From a virus, in the IMG/VR virus record IMGVR_UViG_3300028831_000022, positions 1 through 46,450 of that record: a stretch of DNA of 46,450 nt. One strand, 5' to 3'. Under the pieces are notes generated by a model that saw nothing but the letters and a program-made list of their open reading frames with translations, had not been told where the DNA came from and searched no databases. Positions 9,319-16,655 of the stretch are shown piece after piece (within the stretch, counting starts at the first letter, position 1; every line of letters begins with the position of its first letter). Made by a program: the position numbers and the translations under genes.

Positions 9319-11150
9319 TTAGCTCTCCTGAGAGTTGTAGGCCGCCAGGGAAGTCCAGCCCTCTTGAAAGAGTCCTTCTTCTTCTCGAAGTCGATCACGT
9401 TCCTCACACCCAGCCAGTAGAGGTGAAGGAACCAGACAGACATGATCCTGTCCTGACGAAGCTTCATCCCTCGCACATGAGGCTTCCACTTCTCCATCTC
9501 GTCAAGGAGGGGCTGCCACATGGCTTCGGCTTCCTCTGATCCCCAAGGGATAGACATCTCACCAGAACGAATAGAGGTAGCCATAGCGGCTACCCCAAAC
9601 GTCTCGTCATGCTTGTTCTGGCCTGTGGTATGAGGGACGATAGCAAAGCCATACTTCTGGCTCATGGCAACCAGCCGGTCATCCTGGCTGAGGGCCTTCT
9701 GCCAGGCCATAGCTTCCACGATAAGAATCTCTGGCCGGTAGCCCTTCACCTTGCGCTCGATCAGGTTGAGAATTCCCTCAGTCCGACCCACGTTATAGAG
9801 GGTTTCCTGATCAATAAGCAGGAGCTTGGCAAAGTTGTACTGACCAACAGTGAGAGAGCAGCCACCAGCAATAGCCGGGTCCAGGGACATGGCTGTTGCC
9901 ATACCTTCGTACTTCTTGATGACCCGGTTCTGATCCTTGAATGCCTCTCTGACCTCAGGAGGGAAGGTCATCGCCCTAGTGTCCTGTGGTTCCTGCATGT
10001 AGGTCCTGGCCCAGACCTCTTCACCCACCTGCTTGCGTCTCTTCTTCAGAGCCTCGTTGGGCCAAAGCTCAGGGATCGTAGAGTTGCCCTCGCCATCGAG
10101 GATCGGTATCTCCACCAGTCTGTCGATGAGGTCTTCCTCAATCATCCTCTCGTAGACATCGCCCTTGCCTACACGGTTCCCGATGATGAAGATCCGGCCA
10201 GTCCTGCCTACTCGGGTAATCCAGTCCTGACGGAACTTGGACATAATCTTAGGCGTAAGGTTGAGGCTTTCAATGGACTGAATGTCATCGAGGAACATAT
10301 CGTCAACCCGAGAACCCTGGATCTTACTAGTGTTTCCCCTTGCCTCAAATGAATAGTCCCGTTCGTCGTGATGAGCCTTAAAGACGGTAAAGTAATTGTT
10401 CGTCCAAGGCTTACCATCACGCTCTTGGTTGTCTTCGTAGAACGGACCGAACTGTGCGATGTAGTCACCAAACTCCACCTTGTCAGTCATGCGCCTACGA
10501 ATACGTCCTGCAACTTTTACAGAGTGGCCGGATGACTCTGATATGTAAGCGATACGACGATCTGGATAGCGACCTAAGATTTCACAGATTTTGTCTTCAA
10601 GGAGAGTTGTTTTCCCTACCTCAGGAGCTACCAGAATCAGAGTGATACTCATAGGCTCTGCTGACTCTATAGCATCAATAATCATCGCATGAACGTAGTA
10701 CGTGTTCAGACGGAAGAATCTCTTCCTGAATGCAGAGAAGTCCTTCCACGTAGTAACATCCTCTGCATTGATAGTGTTGTACCAGTTCTGGCGTGCAAGG
10801 TCACATTCCCTCTTAAATCCAGGGAAGGTATTACGCCACTGGTAGTAGGTATTCATCTGAATACCTAGTTCCCTGCAAGCTTGCTCCGCTCTGTAGCCCT
10901 GAGAGAGCAGGCTGACAAACTGGCTTCTCCGCATATTGGCAGCCTGGGTACGGCCATCCTTGCTGAGAAGCTTCTCCCGCTCCTTCAGCCCCTTCTGCTT
11001 ACCTCTCTCGTAAGCTTCACCCAGGATGCCGACAGCAGGCTTGATGGGTACATCCTTGTACTTGTCTGGACCCACCCATATGCGCTTGACCTTCGAGCCG
11101 TCCTCAAGCTCGACTATCTCGTGCTTGATCGGGGCTCTATCGGTTGGCAT
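9315..11150 (-). CDS. terL: Terminase large subunit with an N-terminal TerS-like helix-turn-helix extension
   Basis: Walker A LVAPEVGKTT, Walker B VDDMFLDD, RNaseH-like nuclease half (SLDPA, IVEAMAWQ). Residues ~70-125 (FVSLLSQGYRAEQACRELGIQMNTYYQWRN) look like an HTH. Confidence 0.9.
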   Translation of the reverse strand: MPTDRAPIKHEIVELEDGSKVKRIWVGPDKYKDVPIKPAVGILGEAYERGKQKGLKEREKLLSKDGRTQAANMRRSQFVSLLSQGYRAEQACRELGIQMNTYYQWRNTFPGFKRECDLARQNWYNTINAEDVTTWKDFSAFRKRFFRLNTYYVHAMIIDAIESAEPMSITLILVAPEVGKTTLLEDKICEILGRYPDRRIAYISESSGHSVKVAGRIRRRMTDKVEFGDYIAQFGPFYEDNQERDGKPWTNNYFTVFKAHHDERDYSFEARGNTSKIQGSRVDDMFLDDIQSIESLNLTPKIMSKFRQDWITRVGRTGRIFIIGNRVGKGDVYERMIEEDLIDRLVEIPILDGEGNSTIPELWPNEALKKRRKQVGEEVWARTYMQEPQDTRAMTFPPEVREAFKDQNRVIKKYEGMATAMSLDPAIAGGCSLTVGQYNFAKLLLIDQETLYNVGRTEGILNLIERKVKGYRPEILIVEAMAWQKALSQDDRLVAMSQKYGFAIVPHTTGQNKHDETFGVAAMATSIRSGEMSIPWGSEEAEAMWQPLLDEMEKWKPHVRGMKLRQDRIMSVWFLHLYWLGVRNVIDFEKKKDSFKRAGLPWRPTTLRRAK

Positions 11151-11182
11151 TGGTGCATGGTACCTTAGAGTCGCCCAGTGCA

Positions 11183-11263
11183 GGGAGGGGGCTCTGTCAG
11201 GTCAAGGGGTGGCGGGCACCACTTCGGTACCGGGGGACAGGTCCCTGGCAGAGTCCCCCTCCC
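11183..11263. promoter_or_regulatory. Long imperfect GC-rich hairpin in the divergent intergenic region
   Basis: gggagggggctctgtcagg (11183-11201) pairs with cctggcagagtccccctccc (11244-11263) with one bulge, enclosing ~42 nt. It lies between the TerL start (11150) and the first plus-strand gene. Confidence 0.5.
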
Positions 11264-11348
11264 CGCCGGTCTGTAGCTTCGGGTTTCACCGCTCTTATAG
11301 GGCTCCGACTCGCTCGGCTCAGCCGTCGCTCGCCTCGCTCCTTCCTCT

Positions 11349-11375
11349 GGACCCCTCCGGGGTCCTTCTTTAGTT
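11349..11375 (+). terminator. Terminator- or attenuator-like hairpin just upstream of the first plus-strand gene
   Basis: The ggacccc/ggggtcc palindrome is followed by ttctttagttatt on the plus strand only. Confidence 0.4.
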
Positions 11376-11404
11376 ATTAGATCATGAGGAAGGAGAGGAA
11401 TAGA

Positions 11405-11647
11405 ATGAAGACTTCTATGACGTGCCCCCATGATCGGGTAGTCCGGCTGAGAGTGCCAGGTACTTCAGGCCCCCTGGACTACTGGATCTGCAATATATGC
11501 AATGAGCAGTTCATTCAGAAGAGGCAGGTGGACTGGAAGCTACAGCACCTGACCTCTGAGTTGGTTCGTCTAATACCGGAGAAGTTAGATGAGCAGGCTG
11601 CGAGAATGCGGGCAGAAAAAGGCGTTTCGGTACAGGAAGGAAGCTGA
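11405..11647 (+). CDS. Small zinc-ribbon-like protein (CPH...CNIC)
   Basis: ORF-track frame 11384..11647. The internal ATG at 11405 follows AGGAAGGAGAGG with 6-nt spacing. Confidence 0.6.
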   Translation: MKTSMTCPHDRVVRLRVPGTSGPLDYWICNICNEQFIQKRQVDWKLQHLTSELVRLIPEKLDEQAARMRAEKGVSVQEGS

Positions 11648-11660
11648 ACGCTTTGCCTTC

Positions 11661-11762
11661 ATGTTGAAGCGTAGGTACATGGACTATGCCCATGTGTATA
11701 GATGCGGGTACTGTCGCATGTACCATCTTGGTCATTCCAAGGGATTAAGGAGACGGTGGTGA
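11661..11762 (+). CDS. 33-aa Cys/His-rich peptide (MLKRRYMDYAHVYRCGYCRMYHLGHSKGLRRRW)
   Basis: Hand-translated; below the ORF-track size cutoff. Its TGA overlaps the GTG start of the next gene (GTGA). No clear SD. Confidence 0.3.
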   Translation: MLKRRYMDYAHVYRCGYCRMYHLGHSKGLRRRW

Positions 11763-12100
11763 TAGACGTAGGTGTGCTGGTTGACAAGATCAATCAGATG
11801 AGTTCCTTCGAGATTGCAGAGATGCTGAAGGCCCAGGGCGTACAGGGTGTTCCTTCGGTGGAGGAATCCTGTGTGCTGGCCCGGTGGATACACAAAGAGT
11901 CGGGGGTCTTCGTCAGGGTGGGCATCCATGAGAAGACCGAGTCCGGTAGCCGGTTCGGCATTGTTCCTCAGGATGCTGACTTGGATACAGGTAGCTTCTC
12001 AGAGTTCTATGCGGTGGAGACTGGAGTGCAAGCCTTCATCGGTGAGTTTGACAATGGCTGTTACCCTGAGCTTGTAGTTCCTTACGAGGAATATGAATAA
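11759..12100 (+). CDS. Hypothetical protein (~113 aa)
   Basis: Frame of ORF 11702..12100. GTG at 11759 lies 6 nt after AAGGAG. Its stop overlaps the next ATG (TAATG). Confidence 0.6.
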   Translation: MIDVGVLVDKINQMSSFEIAEMLKAQGVQGVPSVEESCVLARWIHKESGVFVRVGIHEKTESGSRFGIVPQDADLDTGSFSEFYAVETGVQAFIGEFDNGCYPELVVPYEEYE

Positions 12101-12840
12101 TGTTCAATGCTAAGGAGCTGGAGGGCAAGGAGTTCGATGAGATACGTTTCGTCATCCCAGAACTCGTGCCCGAAGGAGTTACTCTCCTTTCTGGTTCTCC
12201 TAAGGTTGGCAAGTCTTGGATGGCCCTCGGTATGTGCATCGGAGTGGCTACAGGAGGACCCTTCCTCCAACAGGTTTGCCACCGGGGTCGTGTGCTGTAT
12301 CTCGCTCTCGAAGACAACCCTCGGCGTATTCAGTCTCGTCTTACTATGGCAATGGGAGGCGAAGAGTTCCCAGCTAATCTCGATTTCGATTGCTCATGGG
12401 ATCGGTTTCCCGTTGGCCTGAAAGCGCTGGATCGTCTTCTGGCTCAGACTCGTTATGACCTCGTTGTCATCGACACGCTGGAGATGGTACGTCCACCTCG
12501 TCGTGCCAATCCCTATGAGGATGACTACAGGGCTATTGCCGGTATGAGAGAGGTAGCCTACAAACACCGTACCTCTATCGTGGTGGTCCATCACAACAGG
12601 AAGACTCAGACCGACTCTTCGATGAACGAGATTGATCCCATCGAACGGGTGTCAGGAACGATGGGTCTGACCGGTGCTGTCGATGCCATCCATGTTCTGT
12701 CTCGGATTAGAGGTGCCTCTATGGGTGACCTCCATATCACAGGCAAAGATGTGGAAGAGCAACAGATGGTGGTGAAGCTCGATACCTATCTGGGCCTCTG
12801 GTATGTCTATGAGAGAGGCATAGATGTTGTCCTCAGGTAG
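12100..12840 (+). CDS. RepA/AAA_25-like RecA-fold ATPase (replicative helicase or initiator-like)
   Basis: Walker A GSPKVGKSW, Walker B LVVIDTLE, VVVHHNRK motif; 246 aa. Confidence 0.7.
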   Translation: MFNAKELEGKEFDEIRFVIPELVPEGVTLLSGSPKVGKSWMALGMCIGVATGGPFLQQVCHRGRVLYLALEDNPRRIQSRLTMAMGGEEFPANLDFDCSWDRFPVGLKALDRLLAQTRYDLVVIDTLEMVRPPRRANPYEDDYRAIAGMREVAYKHRTSIVVVHHNRKTQTDSSMNEIDPIERVSGTMGLTGAVDAIHVLSRIRGASMGDLHITGKDVEEQQMVVKLDTYLGLWYVYERGIDVVLR

Positions 12841-13072
12841 GGACTGGGTACGTGACAAGATTACTGCTCATGTGAAGTTCCGGGTGGACGCCGTAGAGAA
12901 TAGGTGTCCTTGGTGCCTGGTCATAAGACCAATGGAATGGTTCGAGTACCAGACTACCCTGGATCAGGGAACCGACTTCCAGAGAGTGATAACTAAGACC
13001 ACGACTAAGTGCCGGAACTGTAGGCGATCAGACGGGCAATCACCCTCTCAGTACCGAAGAAGGTTCTATTGA
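12824..13072 (+). CDS. Small zinc-ribbon protein (CPWC...CRNC)
   Basis: 82-aa ORF overlapping the ATPase stop by 17 nt. Contains two CxxC pairs. Confidence 0.5.
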   Translation: MLSSGRDWVRDKITAHVKFRVDAVENRCPWCLVIRPMEWFEYQTTLDQGTDFQRVITKTTTKCRNCRRSDGQSPSQYRRRFY

Positions 13073-13878
13073 CAAGCGAGTTACGCTTAGTGCGTACCCA
13101 GCGCCGACAGGAGCGGTGTGGATGCCCGCTTGTAGCTTTTCGGCGTACCCAAACTGGGCTTGCATGGGACAGCTAGGGTAATCAGGCTAATAAACTCCCT
13201 CTTCATACAAAATATTTGTCATATATGGGGGTGGCCTTACACACTCTGTCCCCATACTCCCGTCAAGGTACATGGGTGGGTTGCCCTAAAGGCTACTACC
13301 ACACCTATGTGATAAGCATAACCGAAGATTGATGATAGTTAGAGCCTCACTTAGGTGCCAGAAACCTCACACCTTCTCTTTTTCCTCACCTACTTGAGGT
13401 ACTCTCCACGTACCAACCTTACGTGAAGTGCTGATACCAGCAGACTGCTAGGGATGCTCACTACGTTCGCATACTCCTTCTAATGCGGGGTCCCCTACCC
13501 CGCATACCTACTCCGCTGAGTAGGCAAGCAGAGGCCCGCACTGCGGCCGGGGAATGAACAAAACCAAGGATCAAAGATCCTTGGCCCTCCGGGCGCCCAC
13601 TTCGTGGACGTTTTGTCCTATGACCCGTCCTACGTGCTTCACCTTCGTCGTGTCCCCGGCGCTATTCCGGCCGATGAAGCTGGCCGGGCGCCTAGATAGG
13701 TATATATGCCCCCTGATCGAAGCATGGGCACAAAGCCCAGCCCTTCGGGGACAAATACGAACACTTCGTGTCCGATTTGTCAGGCTTTGCACACCATGCT
13801 CTAAGGGGGCACATACATACTGGGTGGTAGACAGGATGTGTGAACTACAAAACCTAAGCTCAACAAGGAGCGTGCATC
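13073..13878. other. ~800-bp non-coding region with repeats, hairpins and an AT-rich tract (candidate origin, regulatory region or ncRNA region)
   Basis: No credible ORF. Repeats: cacttcgtgNNcgNtttgtc at 13598-13618 and 13762-13782; gcgtaccca at 13092 and 13143. Hairpins at 13483-13505 and 13564-13584. AT-rich tract at 13204-13227. Confidence 0.7.
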
Positions 13879-13977
13879 ATGGTTAAGTTGTTCTTCGCCT
13901 CGACAGTGATCGTGTTCATCCCCATCCTGCACCAGGCCATCGAGGCTGTGCAGCACATCAGCAAGGTAGTCAACTAG
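13879..13977 (+). CDS. 32-aa hydrophobic peptide (MVKLFFASTVIVFIPILHQAIEAVQHISKVVN)
   Basis: Hand-translated. It is preceded by aagctcaacAAGGAGcgtgcatc, an upstream context repeated before two other genes. Confidence 0.5.
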   Translation: MVKLFFASTVIVFIPILHQAIEAVQHISKVVN

Positions 13978-14048
13978 CACGACCTGTGGTAAGCTAGAAG
14001 GTAGTTAGAGAAGAAGCGAGAAAGCTTCGTTACGAAAGGTGAACGCCA

Positions 14049-14789
14049 GTGAGCAAGGTACGATTCGTGATTGGTGAGGACAAGCTGCCGTCGTCGCTTG
14101 AGACGTTCCGTAGGAACATCGAGCAGACGGCACCGGGAGACACCAGCCAAGTTCCTCCGGCCATGACGAACGCTGAAGCCGCTGAGGTGGCAAGGCGGGC
14201 GCTCAGCCCGCAGGACACGCTGGTCGGCACGTTGAGCGACCCGGCAGGGATGCTCAGTGATGCACTGGGACGCTTCGAGGAAATCCCCGAGAAGTGGCTC
14301 AAGCGGGCCAAGGAGCTTGTGCGAGAGCACAAGGTCGAGGATGCCCGGTTCATGGTTCCATCAGAGCCTAACCTCGACGTGGTGATCGTGCTTCACCCCA
14401 CGCCTCAGAAGTACAAGGGCGTAGACGGTGAAGAGTACGACGGTGACCACTACGTGGTCTTCGGCCGTGAGTACCAGGGCACTCGCCGTGGTACGTGCTA
14501 CACCTGCAATAGCGCCAGCCGCAAGGGCGTGCGTCCTCTGCCTCACGACTGCTGGAAGCAGAAGACGTGGGAAGAATGGGAGCCGATGGTATTCGCCAAG
14601 GCTCACGGCCTGGACGACGCTGAGGACCTGGCTAAGGAGCTTCGCTCCGCATGGCAGGCCACAGCCGAGCAGAAGTACGGTGACAACCACCGTGATTGGT
14701 CAGCCGAGTACGAGATTCCGTTCTCGGGTGATTGGCAGGCTGGTTACCTCGCTGGTAAGGGAGGTTCAGCCTGGACCACGCTGGGCTAA
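14049..14789 (+). CDS. 246-aa hypothetical protein with visibly GC3-rich codons
   Basis: GTG-start ORF followed immediately by an intrinsic terminator. No family recognised. Confidence 0.75.
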   Translation: MSKVRFVIGEDKLPSSLETFRRNIEQTAPGDTSQVPPAMTNAEAAEVARRALSPQDTLVGTLSDPAGMLSDALGRFEEIPEKWLKRAKELVREHKVEDARFMVPSEPNLDVVIVLHPTPQKYKGVDGEEYDGDHYVVFGREYQGTRRGTCYTCNSASRKGVRPLPHDCWKQKTWEEWEPMVFAKAHGLDDAEDLAKELRSAWQATAEQKYGDNHRDWSAEYEIPFSGDWQAGYLAGKGGSAWTTLG

Positions 14790-14794
14790 GCAGG

Positions 14795-14822
14795 AGGGCG
14801 GGCCGAAAGGTCCGCCCTTTTC
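14795..14822 (+). terminator. Intrinsic terminator (10-bp stem, GAAA loop, T tract)
   Basis: agggcgggcc-gaaa-ggtccgccct-tttt. One G-T wobble makes it plus-strand specific. Confidence 0.8.
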
Positions 14823-14838
14823 TGCTGGGCACCTATAC

Positions 14839-14857
14839 AGGAAGTCTTTGAAGATAA
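14839..14857 (+). repeat. 19-nt 5' leader repeat aggaagtctttgaagataa (copy 1)
   Basis: Exact second copy at 15144..15162. Both lie ~20 nt upstream of a start codon. Confidence 0.85.
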
Positions 14858-14876
14858 TCCAATAAAGGAGATCACG

Positions 14877-15044
14877 ATGCTCGAACAGTTTAAGCACGCT
14901 GCGATTGCTCGCTTCTTCGACACCGACGACGCTAAGGAGCGGGACATTCTGGACCGGCTCCTGCGTCACTACGAGAAGCTGGAGAAGCAGCCACGCTGCG
15001 AGCGCAGCGGACGCACTGACTTCGCCTGCTGCGATGGTCACTAG
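14877..15044 (+). CDS. 55-aa hypothetical protein (MLEQFKHAAIARFFDTDDAKERDILDRLL...)
   Basis: Hand-translated. AAAGGAG lies 6 nt upstream, and a terminator follows directly after the stop. Confidence 0.6.
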   Translation: MLEQFKHAAIARFFDTDDAKERDILDRLLRHYEKLEKQPRCERSGRTDFACCDGH

Positions 15045-15047
15045 CTG

Positions 15048-15077
15048 GAAGCCCTGGTCGAAAGGCCAGGGCTTTCC
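15048..15077 (+). terminator. Intrinsic terminator (GAAA loop)
   Basis: gccctggtc-gaaa-ggccagggc-tttcc, with one T-G wobble. Confidence 0.75.
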
Positions 15078-15113
15078 TAGTGCAACACCAACCCCAAGGT
15101 GGCAGCAAGTCAG

Positions 15114-15127
15114 CTATAACAGATAGC
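15114..15127 (+). promoter_or_regulatory. Conserved intergenic motif, copy a (ctaTAACAGATAGC)
   Basis: One of five sites matching TAATAAC[AG]GAT[AG]GC in the early arm. Confidence 0.5.
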
Positions 15128-15143
15128 GACGTGCTAGCCAAGA

Positions 15144-15162
15144 AGGAAGTCTTTGAAGATAA
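15144..15162 (+). repeat. 19-nt 5' leader repeat aggaagtctttgaagataa (copy 2)
   Basis: Identical to 14839..14857. Confidence 0.85.
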
Positions 15163-15181
15163 GCTCAACAAGGAGCGTTAC

Positions 15182-15481
15182 ATGCCCTCTACCACCACCA
15201 CTCGCAAGGACGGGATCTTCCTCGTTTACAACACTCATGCTTATAGTGAGTGTGGTACATACGACGACGACACCACCTACGTCAAGTGCTCACTGTGCAA
15301 TCAGATCGTGATGGACGAATACGATTGCCTCACTGAAGAGGAAATCGAAGTCCACAAGCTGGGCCTGTGCATGGCTGGTGTTGCTATGCGATACACAGCC
15401 TACTGGCTGGGTGAGATGCACCGTCGTATCTACAAGCCCTGTGAATACTGCCACAACGAGCCTTGTGATTGTCCGTTCTGA
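15182..15481 (+). CDS. 99-aa Cys-rich protein (CSLC...CEYCHNEPCDC)
   Basis: Internal ATG of ORF 15080..15481, preceded by agctcaacAAGGAGcgttac. Confidence 0.65.
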   Translation: MPSTTTTRKDGIFLVYNTHAYSECGTYDDDTTYVKCSLCNQIVMDEYDCLTEEEIEVHKLGLCMAGVAMRYTAYWLGEMHRRIYKPCEYCHNEPCDCPF

Positions 15482-15485
15482 TGAC

Positions 15486-15513
15486 CAGCCCTGAGCCGAA
15501 AGGTTCAGGGCTT
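15486..15513 (+). terminator. Hairpin of the same family (GAAA loop) with a weak T tract
   Basis: agccctgagcc-gaaa-ggttcagggct, with one G-T wobble. Confidence 0.55.
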
Positions 15514-15553
15514 GAGTCATTGCCACTGCGAGCCAAAAGGGCGAGCAAGTAAG

Positions 15554-15567
15554 TAATAACAGATAGC
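15554..15567 (+). promoter_or_regulatory. Conserved intergenic motif, copy b (TAATAACAGATAGC)
   Basis: Lies 18 nt upstream of the ATG at 15586. Confidence 0.5.
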
Positions 15568-15585
15568 TCAATAAGGAGCGTAGTC

Positions 15586-15738
15586 ATGAGTTCAGTCCGC
15601 ATCTTCCTCGCCATTCTCACCTTCTCTGGTCTAGCCCTCATTCCTCCGGCTGCTGCACTCATCAACGCTGGTAACGAGTTCACTCAAATCGGCACTGCAC
15701 TGGTCTGTGAGAAAAACAGTCCATGCATAGAGAAGTAA
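15586..15738 (+). CDS. 50-aa peptide with an N-terminal signal-peptide-like segment (MSSVRIFLAILTFSGLALIPPAAA/LINAG...)
   Basis: Hand-translated. It is preceded by agctcaatAAGGAGcgtagtc. Confidence 0.55.
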   Translation: MSSVRIFLAILTFSGLALIPPAAALINAGNEFTQIGTALVCEKNSPCIEK

Positions 15739-15965
15739 CAAAGGAGGTGGTTGAATTGGCAATGCGTGATCCCAACACAGGGAAGTTCATGAAGAGAGTC
15801 AAAGAGGCGCTCAGTTCGAGCAAGCCAGCAACTCTCGATCACCTCTTGCCTGACCGAGAGGTCAAAGGCAAGAATGAAGAATTCATGGAGATGAAGGATG
15901 TCTCCGTGGACGTAGTACCAACCAAGACCAATGTGCGACAGAGCACGATGCAAAGGAGCTACACA

Positions 15966-16376
15966 ATGTCCGCTACCGTCACTGTCATCGGCAACCTGAC
16001 CGCTGACCCCGAACTTCGTCAGACCAACAGCGGGAAGTCGGTCGTCAACTTCTCACTGGCCTACACCCCCCGCAAGCCCGATGGGAGCGACGGCACCACC
16101 TCGTTCTACAACATCGCCGCTTGGGAGTACCTGGCCGACAACTTCGCCGCATCCTTCAAGAAGGGTGACCGGCTCATCGTGGTCGGCCGCCTCTCGCAGG
16201 ACCGGTGGCAGGACAAGGACAACCCCGAGAAGACCATGACCCGTCTGGTCATCACGGCTGACGAAATCGGTGGTACCTGCCGGTTCCACACGATGGACAT
16301 GCAGAAGGTCACGAAGCGGCCTGCCGTCGAGTCCGCTGCCGGTGACGACAGCGAGCTTCAGGACATCTTCAGCTAA
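15966..16376 (+). CDS. ssb: Single-stranded DNA-binding protein
   Basis: OB-fold start MSATVTVIGNLTADPELRQTNSGKSVVNFSLAYTPR and acidic tail DDSELQDIFS. AAGGAG is 7 nt upstream. The in-frame upstream starts (15723 or 15763) are less likely. Confidence 0.85.
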   Translation: MSATVTVIGNLTADPELRQTNSGKSVVNFSLAYTPRKPDGSDGTTSFYNIAAWEYLADNFAASFKKGDRLIVVGRLSQDRWQDKDNPEKTMTRLVITADEIGGTCRFHTMDMQKVTKRPAVESAAGDDSELQDIFS

Positions 16377-16455
16377 TGCGTAAGTACGAGAGCATGGTCC
16401 TCGTGATTACAGTTCTCGTACTAGGGCTCGTCCGATAAAGGACACAAATACGACA

Positions 16456-16486
16456 AGGGCTGGCCTCGAAAGGGGTCAGCCCTTTC
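16456..16486 (+). terminator. Intrinsic terminator (GAAA loop)
   Basis: gggctggcctc-gaaa-ggggtcagccc-tttcgtc, with two wobble pairs. Confidence 0.7.
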
Positions 16487-16615
16487 GTCATTGACACTGT
16501 AGCTCCCGGTGCTAGCCCGGATAGGCGCAGGGTCAGCATGTGTGGTCCCGAGCATGGTATCCAGGCGAGGCAGCCTGATCGGGACACTAATGATTTCCAG
16601 GGGGAGGACTGTTCG

Positions 16616-16638
16616 TATTAACGGATAGCTTGCTATCC
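16616..16638 (+). promoter_or_regulatory. Conserved motif, copy c (tatTAACGGATAGC), extended into the palindrome GGATAGC-tt-GCTATCC
   Basis: 7-bp perfect inverted repeat at 16623-16638, 18 nt upstream of the ATG at 16656. Confidence 0.5.
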
Positions 16639-16655
16639 ATCGAGAAAGAGAAAGC

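Noticed and set aside
9609-10352. 247-aa plus-strand ORF inside terL, plus similar long antisense ORFs (30661..31215 +, 43519..44106 +, 44052..44564 +, 45361..45993 -, 18592..19110 -, 14361..14690 -)
   Set aside because: All lie fully within well-supported genes on the opposite strand. They lack SD sequences and have shadow-frame composition.
13554-13886. 110-aa plus ORF (and 13571..13792 minus) inside the long non-coding region
   Set aside because: It is Arg/Cys/Pro-rich with no SD and an atypical codon pattern. It overlaps the hairpins and repeats, so the region is better explained as non-coding.
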